Shown in pieces: positions 1 to 13,308 of a stretch of DNA of 64,000 nt. The translations under genes and the position numbers were made by a program. Source of the DNA: Podarcis vaucheri (taxonomy: Eukaryota); NCBI GenBank assembly GCA_965113315.1, contig OZ220372.1; one strand, written 5' to 3'. The notes under the pieces were generated by a model. That model was not told where the DNA came from. It made no database searches and saw nothing but the letters and a program-made list of their open reading frames with translations. Positions within the stretch are counted from its first letter, which is position 1, and every line of letters starts with the position of its first letter.

Positions 1-889
1 ATGTAACTTTTGATTGTAATAGTCAGAGCTGTGCATTCTCAGTGACTATGTCCAACGTGGGATTTGGAAATGGAGCAAATTCCAGTATTCTAAGAGGGTT
101 TTTTTTTAAAAAAAAGCTATAGGACACCAGAGGGGTCTAGGAAGCTCTGTGTGCATAATTTCCTATGGCTGAGGGCCTAAGTTTCAGACCTCTGTAGAAC
201 ATCTTCCACTTTCACTTGCCTTATTTGGGGCAGAATAAGATATGCAAAACATGCATAATATATCCAACTTCTAGAATGCTACTTCCTTTGTATAGGCATT
301 CTTTAGCCGCTGAGCATTGCTAAGTGTAACAAGCCTGACACATTTGTGGCAAGACTATAAAGTTAAGATTTTGCAACCCCGGAAGCCCTAATTGTGTAAG
401 CTTGTTATAAGCAAAATAAGTGGTGCTTCTGATCTTGCAATAACTGATTTCTTTGACATAACACTGTCCTCAGCATTCACAGACAGGCTAACAGCTTAAC
501 TGGCACCAAACCGCTCGAGCTAGGTAAACCAATACTGATTACAGAATAAAGCAGGACCAGAATGGGAGAAGAAAGGTGATTTAATTATAATTTTTATAAG
601 TGGTAGGTAGGGGAACTGAGAGTGGAGACTGCAAAGAGTGAAAATGGTTTCCTGGCTATAAAAAGCATATTCCAGAGTCTCACTTCCTCTTCCTTCCCTA
701 GATTCTTTGTAAATCAGGGTTAGATGTTTGTTTATATCTTACAAAAGTGTTTCTATACTACTATTATCATAAAATGTCAGGACAGTGTACACCATTAAAA
801 CATAAAACACTTTTAAAAACAATGCAGATACTGAGGTTCCAAGAATGCTGGAACGCATCTCCATGACTTCTGAATGACACATCCTAGAG

Positions 890-1025
890 CAGGATTCCTC
901 ACCCTCAGCCCTCCAGATGTTTTTGGTCTACAACTCCCATGATCCCTAGCTGGCAGGACCAGTGGTCAAGGATGCTGGGACTTGTAGTCTCAAAACATCT
1001 GGAGGGCTGAGGTTGAGGAAGCCTG
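890..1025. mobile_element. 136-bp non-autonomous hAT MITE
   Basis: Long terminal inverted repeats (CAGG.TTCCTCA.CCTC.GCCCTCCAGATGTTTT); perfect 8-bp TSD TCCTAGAG (882-889, 1026-1033). Confidence 0.9.
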
Positions 1026-1712
1026 TCCTAGAGAAATCTGCTTCTTTGTTACAATTTTGCATGACCTGTGCTGATTTTAATTACGAATCTTGCTTGTTTA
1101 AATACAGATGAACTGAAACCGAGCTAGTATTGCACAAGGTGACAAATCAGTTCCTTTTGGAATCTCTTTCATTGGGGCCTTCTCTCTGCTTGCTCTTCCT
1201 GATGAGCACGACGAGCCTGTTGCCAAAATGAATGGGATGATATTCTGCATCATGCTGCAGTGAAATCACTACAGCACAGTGTGGCGAGGTGGGAAGCATC
1301 CCTGTTTCCAAAGCAACTGGGGCAATGCTCTGCCTTACTAGTATAGTGCAGTTGCCATGACAACTGGCATGTTCCCTCCCTGTGCTGAGGGCGCAAAGCA
1401 TTGACTATCTTCTGCCTTCAATGTCACAGAGCCAAAACATGGGTACATAGCCTCATGATGTTATGTTCCCTACATGATTCCTAACTGGTTGGGATCACTC
1501 AGAAGAAGAAAGCAGAGCCCTCTGTCCCACCCACTTGCAATGGCAGCACAGCAGAAGAATAAACTGAGAGCTGTGAACCGTTACCAACAGAACCAAGAAA
1601 GATACTATATACATGCATTTCAGTCAGGGGCTTAGGTAGGCCCGACCTGCCTTGTTATGTTATGGGGTGGGCTCCCTCCACCCAAATAAGTATATTGTGA
1701 GGGGTCTTGGTA

Positions 1713-1957
1713 CAGTGGTACCTCTGGTTACGAACTTAATTCATTCCAGAGGTCTGTTCATAACCTGAAACCGTTCTTAACCTGAGGTACCACTTTAGCT
1801 AATGGTGCCTCCCACTGCCACTACGCCGCCCCCAGCATGCGATTTCTGTTCTCATCCTGAGGTAAAGTTCTTAACTTGAGGTACTACTACCATGTTAGCG
1901 GAGTCTGTAACCCAAGGTGTTCGTAACCTGAGGTGTTTGTTACCCGAGGTACCCCTG
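1713..1957. mobile_element. Tc1/mariner-superfamily (Tigger/pogo-like) MITE
   Basis: TA TSD, TIR CAGTGGTACCTC...GAGGTACCCCTG, internal TAACCTGA repeats. Confidence 0.85.
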
Positions 1958-4900
1958 TACATGCCAAAAGGATGTCCTGGTCTCAGGGTCTTCGTGTTTA
2001 ACCTTTTGTTTAAGGGGAGGGGGAAGCTGAAATACTTAGAGAATTAACTTTCATCAATTTATTGTAATCAAAAAAATATATGCACACACCATTACTGCAA
2101 CAGTTTCCAAAATGCTATAGATGTTTTGTCCTATGTATGTTTGATTTGACTAAGCTTTACTCAGATTAGACCCATTTAAATTAATGGGCTTACTTTAATC
2201 ATGTTTATTAATTTCATTGGGTCTACTCTTGAGTACAGTCTTGTTTAATACCACCCATTATTTCTTAGCTTGGATGCCTTATGCTCAATGATTGCCCACA
2301 AGGAAAGACAATTGGATGTATGTGTTGGCTGGGGATCTGTCACTTTATTGGGTTAGAATTCCACCTCTGAATGTTCAAAAAATGTTTTTCACCTTCTAAA
2401 AGCTCTGCTTTTGCCTCAAACTTTTGGGAATGCAAATTTAGCACAGTCCTAACATTTAATTGTTAAATAGCTGGACATAATTTAGTATATAAACTGAAAA
2501 TAAATGGCACCAAGGAAAAAGGAGGTCTGCCACCCGGGCAAATTTTGCATTTTGTTGATGGGAAATGGTAAGGAGTTACACGGGAAATCACTGGAACAAC
2601 TATTTTTAGAGCAGCAGAGAGCCTCGGCCCAGATTCAAGTAAGCCTCAGTTCTGGCCCTCAGCTGCACCTGGCTCCTTACATGAGCACTGCCTAGGAGCG
2701 CCTAGGAGCCAGGGGAATTGGTTAGAGATCAAGGCAAGAGAGACTGTAGCCTTCAGAGTTGAAGAGGAGGCAAGACAGGAAATGGGCAACAGTCAGAGTG
2801 GTCAGGAAAGGGGAAAGGAAGTAGGTGAAAAGGATGGGTAGGCAGGGAGAGAAAAAGAAGCCTCTGGAGGAAAAAGGGCCAGGAAAGCAGTGAAGGAATT
2901 TTGAAAGAGGTACGGTTAATATTTATTATTTTTTAAAATAAAAGAAACAGTGCATTGAGAGGCAGGGGTTAAGAGAGGAAAGCTGCTGTAGGAGGAAAAA
3001 GTGGATGTAAAAAGAGCAGGGAGAGGGAATAGGGTGAAATTAAAATGTGAAAGGCAGAAGAAGTGATGGGAGATGAATTAAAAAAAAAATTTTTTTTTTG
3101 AGAGTTGGAGTGAGAAAGAAATAGAAAATAAAAAGCTTTCTGTGTTTAGAGCATCTAGACCAGCAAATTCCACCAGAAGTATAGAGGGTTGAATGTTACC
3201 TTTATTCTAAAACCTGCCATCCAACCAGTTGATTAAAAATGTGCCTCTGCAGCAGTGCTTAAAAACTAAGAAAAAAGAATAAAAACCTTCTTAAGATAAA
3301 TTGATGTCTGGATTAGCCCCTTGTCAGAGTGAGTCTGGTAGACCTCATTGGGAAGAAAATTCCATTGGGAAGGCACGACCACTGGTAATGTTCTGTTCTT
3401 TATAGATGACAGCTTAGCCACCAACCAAATTAGGGCCTCAGCGAAAGATTGAAGGCTGTGGGAATGTGTGCATGGAAGCAGGTATTTTAGTACACCCTTG
3501 GATTTATTTGGTTAAGACTTGGGTAGGCTGTTGAGCAGATTAGGAATAATGAGGATGAAAAATGTTGATATGCTCTGAGAGGGCTATGTGAGAGTAAGAT
3601 GGAAGTGGGTTTTGGAGGAGTTGATGGCCTGAGGGTGTTGAAGCAAATACTTGAGTTGATAGGGTTAGATATTACTGGCCCAAGGTCTGTCTTGAACAGG
3701 GGAGACAGCCACTTGCTTGCCTAATTTGTGAATTAACACTGCCCAGAATGGCTACATGTGATTGGGAGGTGACAAGACACAGAGAGACATGGGTGGGCTT
3801 GGAATGGTGTAGCAAAACTTCCCCAAGGATATGGGGCTACTGTATTCAGGTATGCTGTGGAGCCTCATACAGTGAGGCCTAACAACACTCACCCTCTAGT
3901 TTTTGTTAGCTTCTGACCTACAGAATTGGAGTGTCCTGAAATAAAAGCCATCTCTTCACGACGTATTTGACAAGTCTGAGATTGGGAAGGAGATGGTGGC
4001 GTAATCGTTGCAGGCAGGCTGAGTGCAAATCTTGCTGTTGTAATTTTTGGCTGGTGGAACCTCTCTGTTCCCATAAGGGGGGGAAATGGCATGCTCCACC
4101 CTCTTCTCTCGCAACCAAAAGAGCAAAACAAAAAATGATTTATTTAAAAAATAAAATAGGGTTGTGTGCAGCACTTAAGCAATTTCTTGTTTTGGTGGCA
4201 GCTAAATTTAGCTCCACCCGTGTCAACATTTAATTAAATGAGAAATATAATGGCACCCTGTGTGTCGTAGTCCCTGTGTGGTTTAATTTGCTAGTGAATC
4301 TTTTTTCTTCATTCAGAGTGTGTGAGTTAATTGATAAACCAAATGGGATTTTAAAAAATATTTCCAAAAGTATAATTGCATGCTTCGTTGAAGAGGAGGG
4401 CACCTGAAGAGAGGGAGCAGGTGGGACTGATTGTGGGACTTAACAAAAAGAAGCCAGTTGATTGTTTGCTTGCTTGTAAATGGTTTCACTGCAGAAATAA
4501 TATGCACATTGTTTTGATTGGAAGTGGCAAGAGTCCTAGGATACAAGGTGTGTGAACAAGAGCTACTCCGCCAGAAGGATACCTCGGTGCTAGGAGAATT
4601 GTGGTGTTTACAGTGCTTGCAAAGCTACTGTGCTTTTGCTGCCAGTGGGCAAAAATGGGGTGTTCCATACATTTCTGGGGTACATCAGCATAGTGTGTCT
4701 GCAGTCTTGTCAGTTATTGATCCATGATGTTGCTGGTTCCCTCTTTTATGTATGTTGTCCTCGGCCTTTATTGCTGCCCATTCTGATCCACACTCCTGAT
4801 GTGAAAACACTTGCCCTCTTTTTGGTGTGTGCTCTCATCCCTGAAGGCCATTTTGCGCATTGCACAACGGCGAGTGTAGGTTTGCCCTCAATAAGACACT

Positions 4901-5677
4901 CAGCAGTAAGGTGTGCAACCAGTTGCATCTTCCTGAGAAGTGTCCCGGCATGATGAATGTGTCTCTTTCACACTTATAAAATGCAATGTGTGAAGTTCCA
5001 GTTTTTTTTACCCTGTGTAGCTAGGGTTAGATAATTTCCTTGTCCAGTGCCGACCTAAGAATTCCTGGCTAAATTGAGATTGTAATCTAGTTATTTATTT
5101 AGGTTCATGCACTATCTGCTTGACCAAATTTAGCACCTTGGGCTGTGTTTTTTTTAGTAATTGTGGGCAAACTGGTGAGCCACTTACATGTATTCAGATC
5201 TCTGCTTGTGGCCTCTGATGCATCCTTTTAGGAATGGCTTCTTTACATGGATAGTATCCCGACACTTTAAATGTCTCTTATGGCTGTGGTATATTTATTG
5301 CAGCTGATACATGGCTTATGATGAATGTGCTAAAGCCTTCACTGCATCAAACAGCCTCTGTGCTTTCCATGCCATTTGAGGCTGAAAAGTGCAAACAAAC
5401 ATTTAGCTAATAAAAGCCAACTGTTTGTTTATACTTTTCACATTCGGAAGGCTCCATCCGGCGAGTAGTTCATCACCTGAGGTTTTGAATGTGGTTTTTT
5501 TAATCAAATGCTTGCTTTGGCTTGAGGGTCTTAATCTCCTCCTAGCTTGACTAATTATAAAACAAAAGATTTGCCTCAAATTCTTAAGGTGGATCTGCTA
5601 CACAATATTTAAAAGGTTAGCACTATAACCTTTATTTTGTGAATAATATAAGCGTTTTCACCCAGGTCATGTGCAAT

Positions 5678-5870
5678 GGAGATCCAGTGTGGAGTGAGAT
5701 TAAGAAGTGTGCCAATAGGACCAAGGAGACATGGAGTTCAAATCGCTTGCCAGCCTTAGCTTGATGGGTGACCTTGGGCCAGTCATGTAGCACCCACCCA
5801 TCCTACCTCTCAGGGCTGTTGTGTGCATAAAACAGGGGAGGGGAAAGAGCTGCCCTAAGCTCCTGGGATG
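5678..5870 (+). mobile_element. MIR/CORE-like SINE; related minus-strand remnants at about 14407-14505, 31690-31805 and 53100-53230
   Basis: B-box-like GAGTTCAAATC, core GGGTGACCTTGGGCCAGTCA...CCTACCTCTCAGGGCTGTTGTG. Confidence 0.65.
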
Positions 5871-5986
5871 ATAATGATGATGGTGATGATATTTATACCC
5901 CACCCATTTGGCGCTGTTTTCCCAGGATGGATGAGAAAGAAATGTACTAAATAAATAGTCACCCCCTCCTCTTTGTTTTCATGCAG

Positions 5987-6097
5987 GTGCCAATATTGCC
6001 ACTGGGGAAGAGGTAGCCATTAAGTTGGAATGTGTGAAAACCAAGCACCCGCAGCTCCACATCGAAAGCAAATTTTACAAGATGATGCAGGGAGGAG
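5987..6097 (+). CDS. CSNK1E: Casein kinase I epsilon, 2nd coding exon (111 nt); first coding exon is upstream of the window
   Basis: tgcag acceptor, GTAAAT donor; encodes [37 protein letters not shown]. Confidence 0.97.
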
Positions 6098-6219
6098 GTA
6101 AATTCAGCGAATAATGAAATACGAGTTGCTGTGAGGTTACAGTGGAGTTTGGATATTAAACTTTGGTGCCTGCTTCTTGGTGTCTCATAAGGGGTATGTG
6201 TGTTTCTCTTCCCTCTTAG

Positions 6220-6368
6220 TGGGCATCCCTTCCATTAAGTGGTGTGGAGCAGAGGGCGACTATAATGTGATGGTGATGGAACTTCTGGGACCCAGCCTGG
6301 AAGACCTCTTCAACTTCTGCTCTCGCAAGTTCAGCCTCAAGACTGTTCTGCTCTTGGCAGATCAGATG
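6220..6368 (+). CDS. CSNK1E: CK1 epsilon coding exon (149 nt)
   Basis: cttag acceptor, GTGAGT donor; [50 protein letters not shown]. Confidence 0.97.
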
Positions 6369-7018
6369 GTGAGTTCTTATAATCTGTTCTTTATGCTCAC
6401 GTGTGCCTTTCTTCTCAGTTCCCTTCTTTGTAGCAGTAGTTCAAGATTTAATTATCCTAAATTATTACGCTTGAGTGGGGAATGGAGAAAATGTGCACAA
6501 AGGGTGTCTTGTTCTGCAAGAGCAGGAGAAGCATAAATCCTCATGTAGGAGAGATGGGGGGCATGTAGTGTATGTGCTATTGGCCAGTGCTGGAAGATGC
6601 TGAGGGCAATGGGGTGTGTTGCTAGAGTTGGTAGTTTGTGATGCACTTAGACCTGGGTGCTCTGAGTACATGTTTACACACCCTCTTTGGCAGCAGCAGC
6701 AAGAAAATTATTCTTCTGGCTCCCAAGTAAATGCATTTGAAATGTTCCTTTTGAAAACTTATTAAACTCCAGAGGTCCTGTGATTAGGCCCACATTTTCA
6801 CTTTCCTGCTACCGAAGGACAGTAAGTTGGGATTAAAAGAAAACTTCAGGTTCCCTGATTTCTCTTTGAGATAACATTGCAAGTTAGAGGAGACTTCAGG
6901 TTAACCCTCTTGTGTGTATGCGGTTTGCTGTGTAGCTTGAAGTGCTATTAGTGGCTTTGGTTTCACAAATTTCTGTGTATATTCTCCTTCCTGGCACCAT
7001 TTCCCAACCCATTTTCAG

Positions 7019-7247
7019 ATCAGCCGTATCGAATACATTCATTCCAAGAATTTCATCCACCGAGATGTGAAGCCAGATAACTTTCTTATGGGCCTCGGCA
7101 AGAAGGGCAACCTTGTGTACATCATTGACTTCGGCCTGGCCAAGAAGTACCGAGATGCCCGCACTCACCAACACATCCCCTATCGGGAAAACAAAAACCT
7201 GACTGGCACAGCCCGATATGCCTCTATAAATACTCACCTTGGAATTG
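7019..7247 (+). CDS. CSNK1E: CK1 epsilon coding exon (229 nt), catalytic loop and DFG
   Basis: ttcag acceptor, GTAAGC donor; [44 protein letters not shown]...[14 protein letters not shown]. Confidence 0.98.
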
Positions 7248-7539
7248 GTAAGCTTGTCTTATACTTCCTTGTTACTATGGAGAACATGGTTAGGTGGAGA
7301 AAAGTTGTTGTGGCCTTCTATATGTTGCTGGACTCCCATCAGCCTGCATAGCCAGTGGGCAGGGATAATGAGAACCTTAGATCCACATGGTCTCCAGCTT
7401 TGTGTTAAACAGTAATCCATTTAATAGTAGTTATAGTTTTGCAAACTTGTGTAATAACTGCAAGGTACCACTCAACACTGAGCTGAGCTTTCTTGGTCTG
7501 CAATTGTGTGCTTTTTCGAAGTTCTGACATGGCCCAGAC

Positions 7540-7765
7540 CAGGGGTCATTTAACCGGCCCATGAGCTGCCCCCAAACCGAGCCGCCCGCTCGGCAAGTCT
7601 CTGCACGCTGCGCTAAACCAGCACAGGGCAGGGACTCTCTTTTGCGGTGCCAGAAATTGCATCTGCACAGACGCCGGAAATTGTGGGCGCGTGCGCGATC
7701 CAGCCCACAGAGGGATCTCTCCTGGAGTGAACCTGCCCAGGTGAGGTAAACCTTGCCGACCCATT
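7540..7765. mobile_element. Degenerate hAT MITE
   Basis: CAGGGGTC start, CCTTGCCGACCC end; TSD GCCCAGAC/CCCCAGAC; GC/CpG-rich interior. Confidence 0.7.
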
Positions 7766-8374
7766 CCCCAGACGTATGAGGCCACCTTTTTTTGTACAGC
7801 AGGCCGAGGGCATTCTCTTACTTGGCTCCTTGCAGACTCCTTTGTGATGCTACTGGGTAATGTGTGAGCTAGCAACCTATTAACTAATAACACTTAGCAA
7901 TGGAAGCCCATGGCATTAGTATCCAGTATGAGGTCTGTGTTTGAAACTTCAAATGGTGTAAACCATTCAGCTTTTCAAGCAACTGATTACTCAAATTTTA
8001 CACAGTGAAAAGAATTCTAATGCGCTTTTTCGATACGTCATGTGAGGCAGTCTTTTTTGAAATGCCAAATAACTATTTTGAATGCCTTCCAGTGTTTGGA
8101 TAGAGCCAGGGAAATAATGTCAATTTCTCCCCCCCTCCCCCCCCCAAAAAAAAGTGGCACAGAGGAAATGGACTAGCAGATCTCTGTACTCTATGTAGGC
8201 TGGTCCTTCAAGAGTTCTGGAGGTCTTACTAGCCACACCCAGTTATTCAGGGAAAATGTTTTCTCTCTTAAGTTTTAGTTGATTGTGCTCATTAATCAAA
8301 GTTTGCAGCCCATCCTATGAACTTAGTCACAGTGTCCAGCGGTTAGGCAGAACATTTTGTTCTATGCTGCTTGC

Positions 8375-8850
8375 CCTGTCTCAAAAAAGGAATTAAGAGA
8401 GCTGGGGAAGGCTTAAGGAGAGCACAACTGAAATGACCAGGGACTTGGAGGACTGGAGAACCTTTTTCACCTTTCGTTTAGGGGGAAAGGATGGCTAAGG
8501 GGACACAGGAGAGGATATAAAATCATGAATCATTTCGAGAGAATCTGATAATTTATATCTTTCAGAGTACTGATAATTTATATATTTCAGGTTCTTCAGG
8601 TTGCTAAAAAATCCACCTAAGGTTAATTATGTTCATGCAATGCATAATTAACTTTGGATTAATTGCTCAGATGGCTTTTTTAGGGGGGGGAGGATTAGAC
8701 AAACGTGTGGAGTCTTTGAATGGCAATCGGCTATGAAAGCTAAAAATGGTATTTCCTACCAACAAGGTATAACTGTTAACATCATGTTCTGCTTGGAAGC
8801 TTACGAGGGGCATCCTGCTGGACATTGGATCTGTAGTGTGGCTCAGAAAG
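8375..8850 (+). mobile_element. Old degenerate CR1-like fragment
   Basis: Remnant wording (gagctggggaagg..agagcacaactgaaatgaccaggg..ggctaaggggacac..tataaaatcatg..ggattagacaaa); no open frame. Confidence 0.45.
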
Positions 8851-9861
8851 GCAAGTTGTTGTGGGAAATTCCCATCCTCTGCTAGCCTTTAACTGTGCTG
8901 CTGAAGATGAAAGGAATGCATAGCAGAACTGAAGTAACAGCAGAACATGTTTTTTGGGCCCTTTGGCAGCTTAAGCTTCTGGACAATTGGCCAATGACCT
9001 GGTCAGTGCATGATTAAATGTCAAATGTTAAACAGTCTTAAAATTTATCTGCCACGATGACTTCCTTTTGCTGCCTTGCCAAAAGAGAGAGAGAGAGAGA
9101 GAGCGCTAGCTTATACCACATGCCTCAAGATCTGCTGTCGTCCCCCCCCCCCGGGAAATTGGAAAGTGCAAATAATTTTTAGGCATGCAAATAATTTTTT
9201 ATAGCTGCAGGAAAGCCATTGACCTGCAGAATATCTTCCTCCCCATTGTGTTGAAAACAACAAAGCAGTAGTGTTGCTGCGTGGAAGATTGGAGGATCCC
9301 AGTATTGTAAATATGTTCTGCATCACATTGAGATCAATAAGAGGGAAATGTTTCACGTGCTTTGTGTTTTGAGAGACATTTACTTGCATTTCCCTTAGTT
9401 GGGTCTGTTTTTGGGTGATTGGAAGCGTGGGGCGTGGGCTTCAATCTTTCTTCCTTGAATAAGTGGTTGTTGTTGTTTATAGTGTTTGTTAACATATTTA
9501 CCAGCTGAGCAAAACTGACCCAATTCTGGACAGAATGTGTCTAGTACCAGTGTCCACTGGTAATGGGGGACAATCCATTCTTCAGCTTTAAATAATCCTA
9601 ATAAGCTCCTAGGGAACAATGGAGTTCCCAGGAGTAGAGCTTTAAAATAGTATTATCATCCCCATCACCGGTCCCTTAAGAGTAATATTAGTTTTGGCTT
9701 TTTGTATGAAATTCTAGCTCATGGAGACTCTTAAAATGTGAAACCTCATAACTAGGGATTTGCTTTTGTCATCATGGCAAATTGTCTTCGGGCCCTTTGG
9801 TTGGTTGCTGTGTTCTTTTGATAAAGTGCATCTGTAAGAATCTTACAGCGATGAGCTTCAT

Positions 9862-9998
9862 CAGCAGTAGCCAACATGGTGCCCTCAGATGTTGCTGGAC
9901 TTTAACTTGCATCATCACTGACCGTTGGCTGTACTGGCTGGGGCTGATGGGAGTTGTAGTCCAGCAACATCTGAAGGGAACCTTGTCGGCTACTGCAG
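9862..9998. mobile_element. Palindromic squamate MITE-like repeat; related copies at about 34283-34400, 44860-44956 and 7300-7395
   Basis: About 40-bp imperfect terminal inverted arms around CAGATGTTGCTGGACT...GGGAGTTGTAGTCCAGCAACATCTG. Confidence 0.7.
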
Positions 9999-12900
9999 TG
10001 TACATGCTCTGTAAAGGCTGAAATTTCAGACAGCTTGGTCTTTTTTAGATAGCAGTACAGTATGTAACAAAAAGCAAATTACTGTTTTTTAAATGGTATG
10101 GCGAGTCTTACACAACTATATTGTGAGGACTAGTGCTTATTACTGATTCAAACAGGAATCTGATAAAGAACTTTCCTAATAAATTAGTCATCTAATCAGT
10201 TGCATGAATGTGAGAGACTAGTTGGTAGATTAGTATTGTTGGGGATGCTGTGTATGCTTGTAAAAAAGCATTGAGGGGTATTGGTAGAATATGGTTGCTA
10301 TTTGTATCTATTTCCCTCTTATTTATTGTGTAGATGTTCTGTGCTTTGCCCATTGGAATTTTCCCTTCTCATTGTAAACCATTTTGGGTACCCTCTGTAG
10401 AAAAGCAGAATACAAATAATAATCTTGAGTTGTGGTCTGTGGTAGTTTACGAAAAGAGCTGACAGACCACGGTTTGTGATCAGTCAGCAAACTAGAATCT
10501 GAAACCGTGGTTTGAAATTGTGGCTCACGCTGTTTTTTGGCATGCTGTGTCCCCCTTGGCCAACCATAGTTAAGGTCTCTGATCTGCCTCCAGAGCTCAT
10601 TATGCCTGCAAATGGGGATGCTGAATAGACTGAAAATGAAAGCAGATAAGCAGCCCAAACCATAGTTGTGAACCGCCCTGAGATCTGCGGGTGAAGGGCG
10701 CCCACACCCACCCACAAAACTATGGTCAGGTGCAAAGCAAGATTTGCCTGTTTTAAGTTGCCTGGATTGATAAAATGTGTGTTGGTCTTTATCTGCGCCT
10801 GTTGTGCAGGCCATGTGTACATGCAGCAAGATTAAGAAGTTTACAATTGTCATGCAGGTTGTGTACAACTTCCTGCGTGGTGTTTTTCGTGTAAGAATTT
10901 TTTCATGGCTGAGGGGTTCCTTAGTCAAGGTTCTTTCAGCAACGCTAACTGCTAGACTGTGTATGTAGTAGCCATGCATAAATCAGTCCCAGCTGCTGTT
11001 TGCATGAATGGATCTTTTGGACTTGGCAAATAAGCAGCTAAAGTGTGTGTTTGCATGTTGATTGGAGGGACCTTAAGACTCAGCAGTCTGACTTGCGTAT
11101 TGTAATGAATGTTTTGACATTCCTCTTAGAAAGGCATACTGTATAAACCTGACCGATCTAGATCTTTCAACCTTAAATAGTAACCTGCTGGAAATTCTGC
11201 TTTTTTGTTTTTCATTTAAATGAGTGGCTTGTCTAATTCCTGCAAGGCTAAGTAATCAGAAGCTCTAAATTTAAAAAAAAAAAAAAAAACTGTGGTGGGA
11301 GAAATCAAACTCAGGAAGCTGTAAATCCGTAAGCTACATTGAGCATGCAGATTTTGGAAATGTATCTTTTATTTTTTATTATCTTTTATGTTTGGATATT
11401 GTGGTACTGAAAGGCAGGCTGTAAAACACCTTCACTTTACTATGCAGGAATTGTGTTTTACTTTAAATGCACAATTACAGTCAGAGTTCTTCATTTAAAG
11501 AAAAACAAGTTTAGTGACCAGACTCTCATGTTAGATTATGACACAGTATTATGTGCAGTACTATGTACTGTGATCTATTTTGAGGCAGGCCTACCAACTT
11601 GGAAGCCCCTGGACCAAATGCAGCATGCCAGTCATAGATTGCTGGCGGCCTGGGGCTGGATAGTCGCGCCCCCAGGCTGAACCTCCGTGTTAACATAAAC
11701 TCTGCACTGCTGAAACCTCGTAAATAAAATGGGCTTCAGGCACTTGTTGTACGCAAGGCCTAGTGGATTGTCTGAAGTCTTGTGAGGAGTCTAGGCAGGA
11801 GCTATAATTGGAGCCTGCAAAGCTTTTAAATGGACGTTTGACAAGTTTGCCATTATTCAGAGTCTAGAATTTTGTGCTTTAAAAATACCACCTTCTGAAT
11901 TGGCAAATGTGGCTGGTTGACTTCGTTTTGGCTGCCCAGCTTTAGCAGCGATTTTAATGAATGGACCTAGTACATTTTTATTCTGTAGTATTCTTGTGTT
12001 TGATGTTTTAGGGAGGAGGGGGGGAAATGCATTCTGTTGAACTTAATTTGGCTATAGTATTCTAAATTTGAATGTGCAGTGCAGTGATTACAGTGTCCAG
12101 AGGACATGCTGGGTGTGTATCTATTCAAACACTGAGTTGAGCATTTCACCTGGACCTTGCAGGAAATATTACTAGGAGGAACAATTTGGAAAAGGCAGCT
12201 CTCTAGTGAGCATGGAATCAAGCATTCCAGTCAACTTTCACATGCTCAAAATATGTCTTCCAGCATATCCTGCACCCAGAAACAGACACCCAGAAGTGCC
12301 CAGGGAGATGGCCTGTAACAGACTTTGTCTAAATAGCTGGAGGAGAAGGGCATAAATATCCGATAAATATTCCTCCCCTCTCCTTGCTCCAGCTGGGCCC
12401 CAGAGCCTTCCTGCTGATACCTCCCTTCTAGCATCTATAGTTGATTTCATGCCAAAGTGTAAAGCATTATCCACACACTCCAGGTCAGGGAATCAAAATT
12501 TACTGATTTCTCTGATTTTAATGCCAGTCAGCAGCAGGCAGGATCAAGCCCCCAATTGGCGAGATGTTGCCTGCTGCTGCCGCTGCTTCTCCAGTGGGGT
12601 GTGGGTGGCGCAGGTGGCTGTGGCAGGGCAGGGCGGCACTTCCCCAAGTGGCAAAATGGTTAATCATGAGCTTGGGCCCCAAGCACTCCAAAGCTCCATT
12701 CTGATTTATGATTCAAAATAGCTTCTGGTGCTGCGGGAAGCAGTGAAAAAGTAGGTGCACGCCTGCTTCTCACGGTTTTTCCGCTGCCATGGTGAAACCA
12801 CCTACGGTGTCTGAGGCCAAGTCAATGTGAATAAACATAAAACTTTCAGAAGTTACATTAAAAACAAAAACAAAACCCTGCTCCTCCCTGTTAATGTGTT

Positions 12901-13069
12901 AATTTAACGTTGTTCTCCACAGACAGTTGAACGCATCTGTTCAGCTGAAGGAGCTGTATGACTTGAGTTGTGCCACAACAAATTTATTAGCATCCTTTAA
13001 TGTGCCTCAGGACTTTGGTCCTCTGCTGTAGCAAAAACAAACCAAAGGAGGCAAGCTTGTGTTCAGAAT

Positions 13070-13308
13070 ACAGGAGCAATGGATCCAAACTACAAGAAAG
13101 AAGATTCCACCTAAACATTAGGAAGAACTTCCTGGCAGTAAGAGCTGTCCGACAGTGGAATTTGCTGCCCAGGAGTGTGGTGGAGTCTCCTTCTTTGGAG
13201 GTCTTTAAGCAGAGGCTTGACATGTCAGGAGTGCTCTGATGGTGTTTCCTGCTTGGCAGGGGGTTGGACTCGATGGCCTTTGTGGTCTCTTCCAACTCTC
13301 TGATTCTA
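13070..13308 (+). mobile_element. CR1 LINE 3' fragment
   Basis: ORF2 C-terminus [50 protein letters not shown] plus CR1 3'UTR ending TTCCAACTCTCTGATTCTA. Confidence 0.92.

Noticed and set aside
2750-3135. Long purine-rich tract
   Set aside because: Low-complexity intronic sequence with no periodicity or coding signal.
10323-10979. Longest ORF in the track (218 aa, minus strand)
   Set aside because: Intronic and antisense to CSNK1E, overlaps repeat fragments, no recognisable domain; treated as chance.
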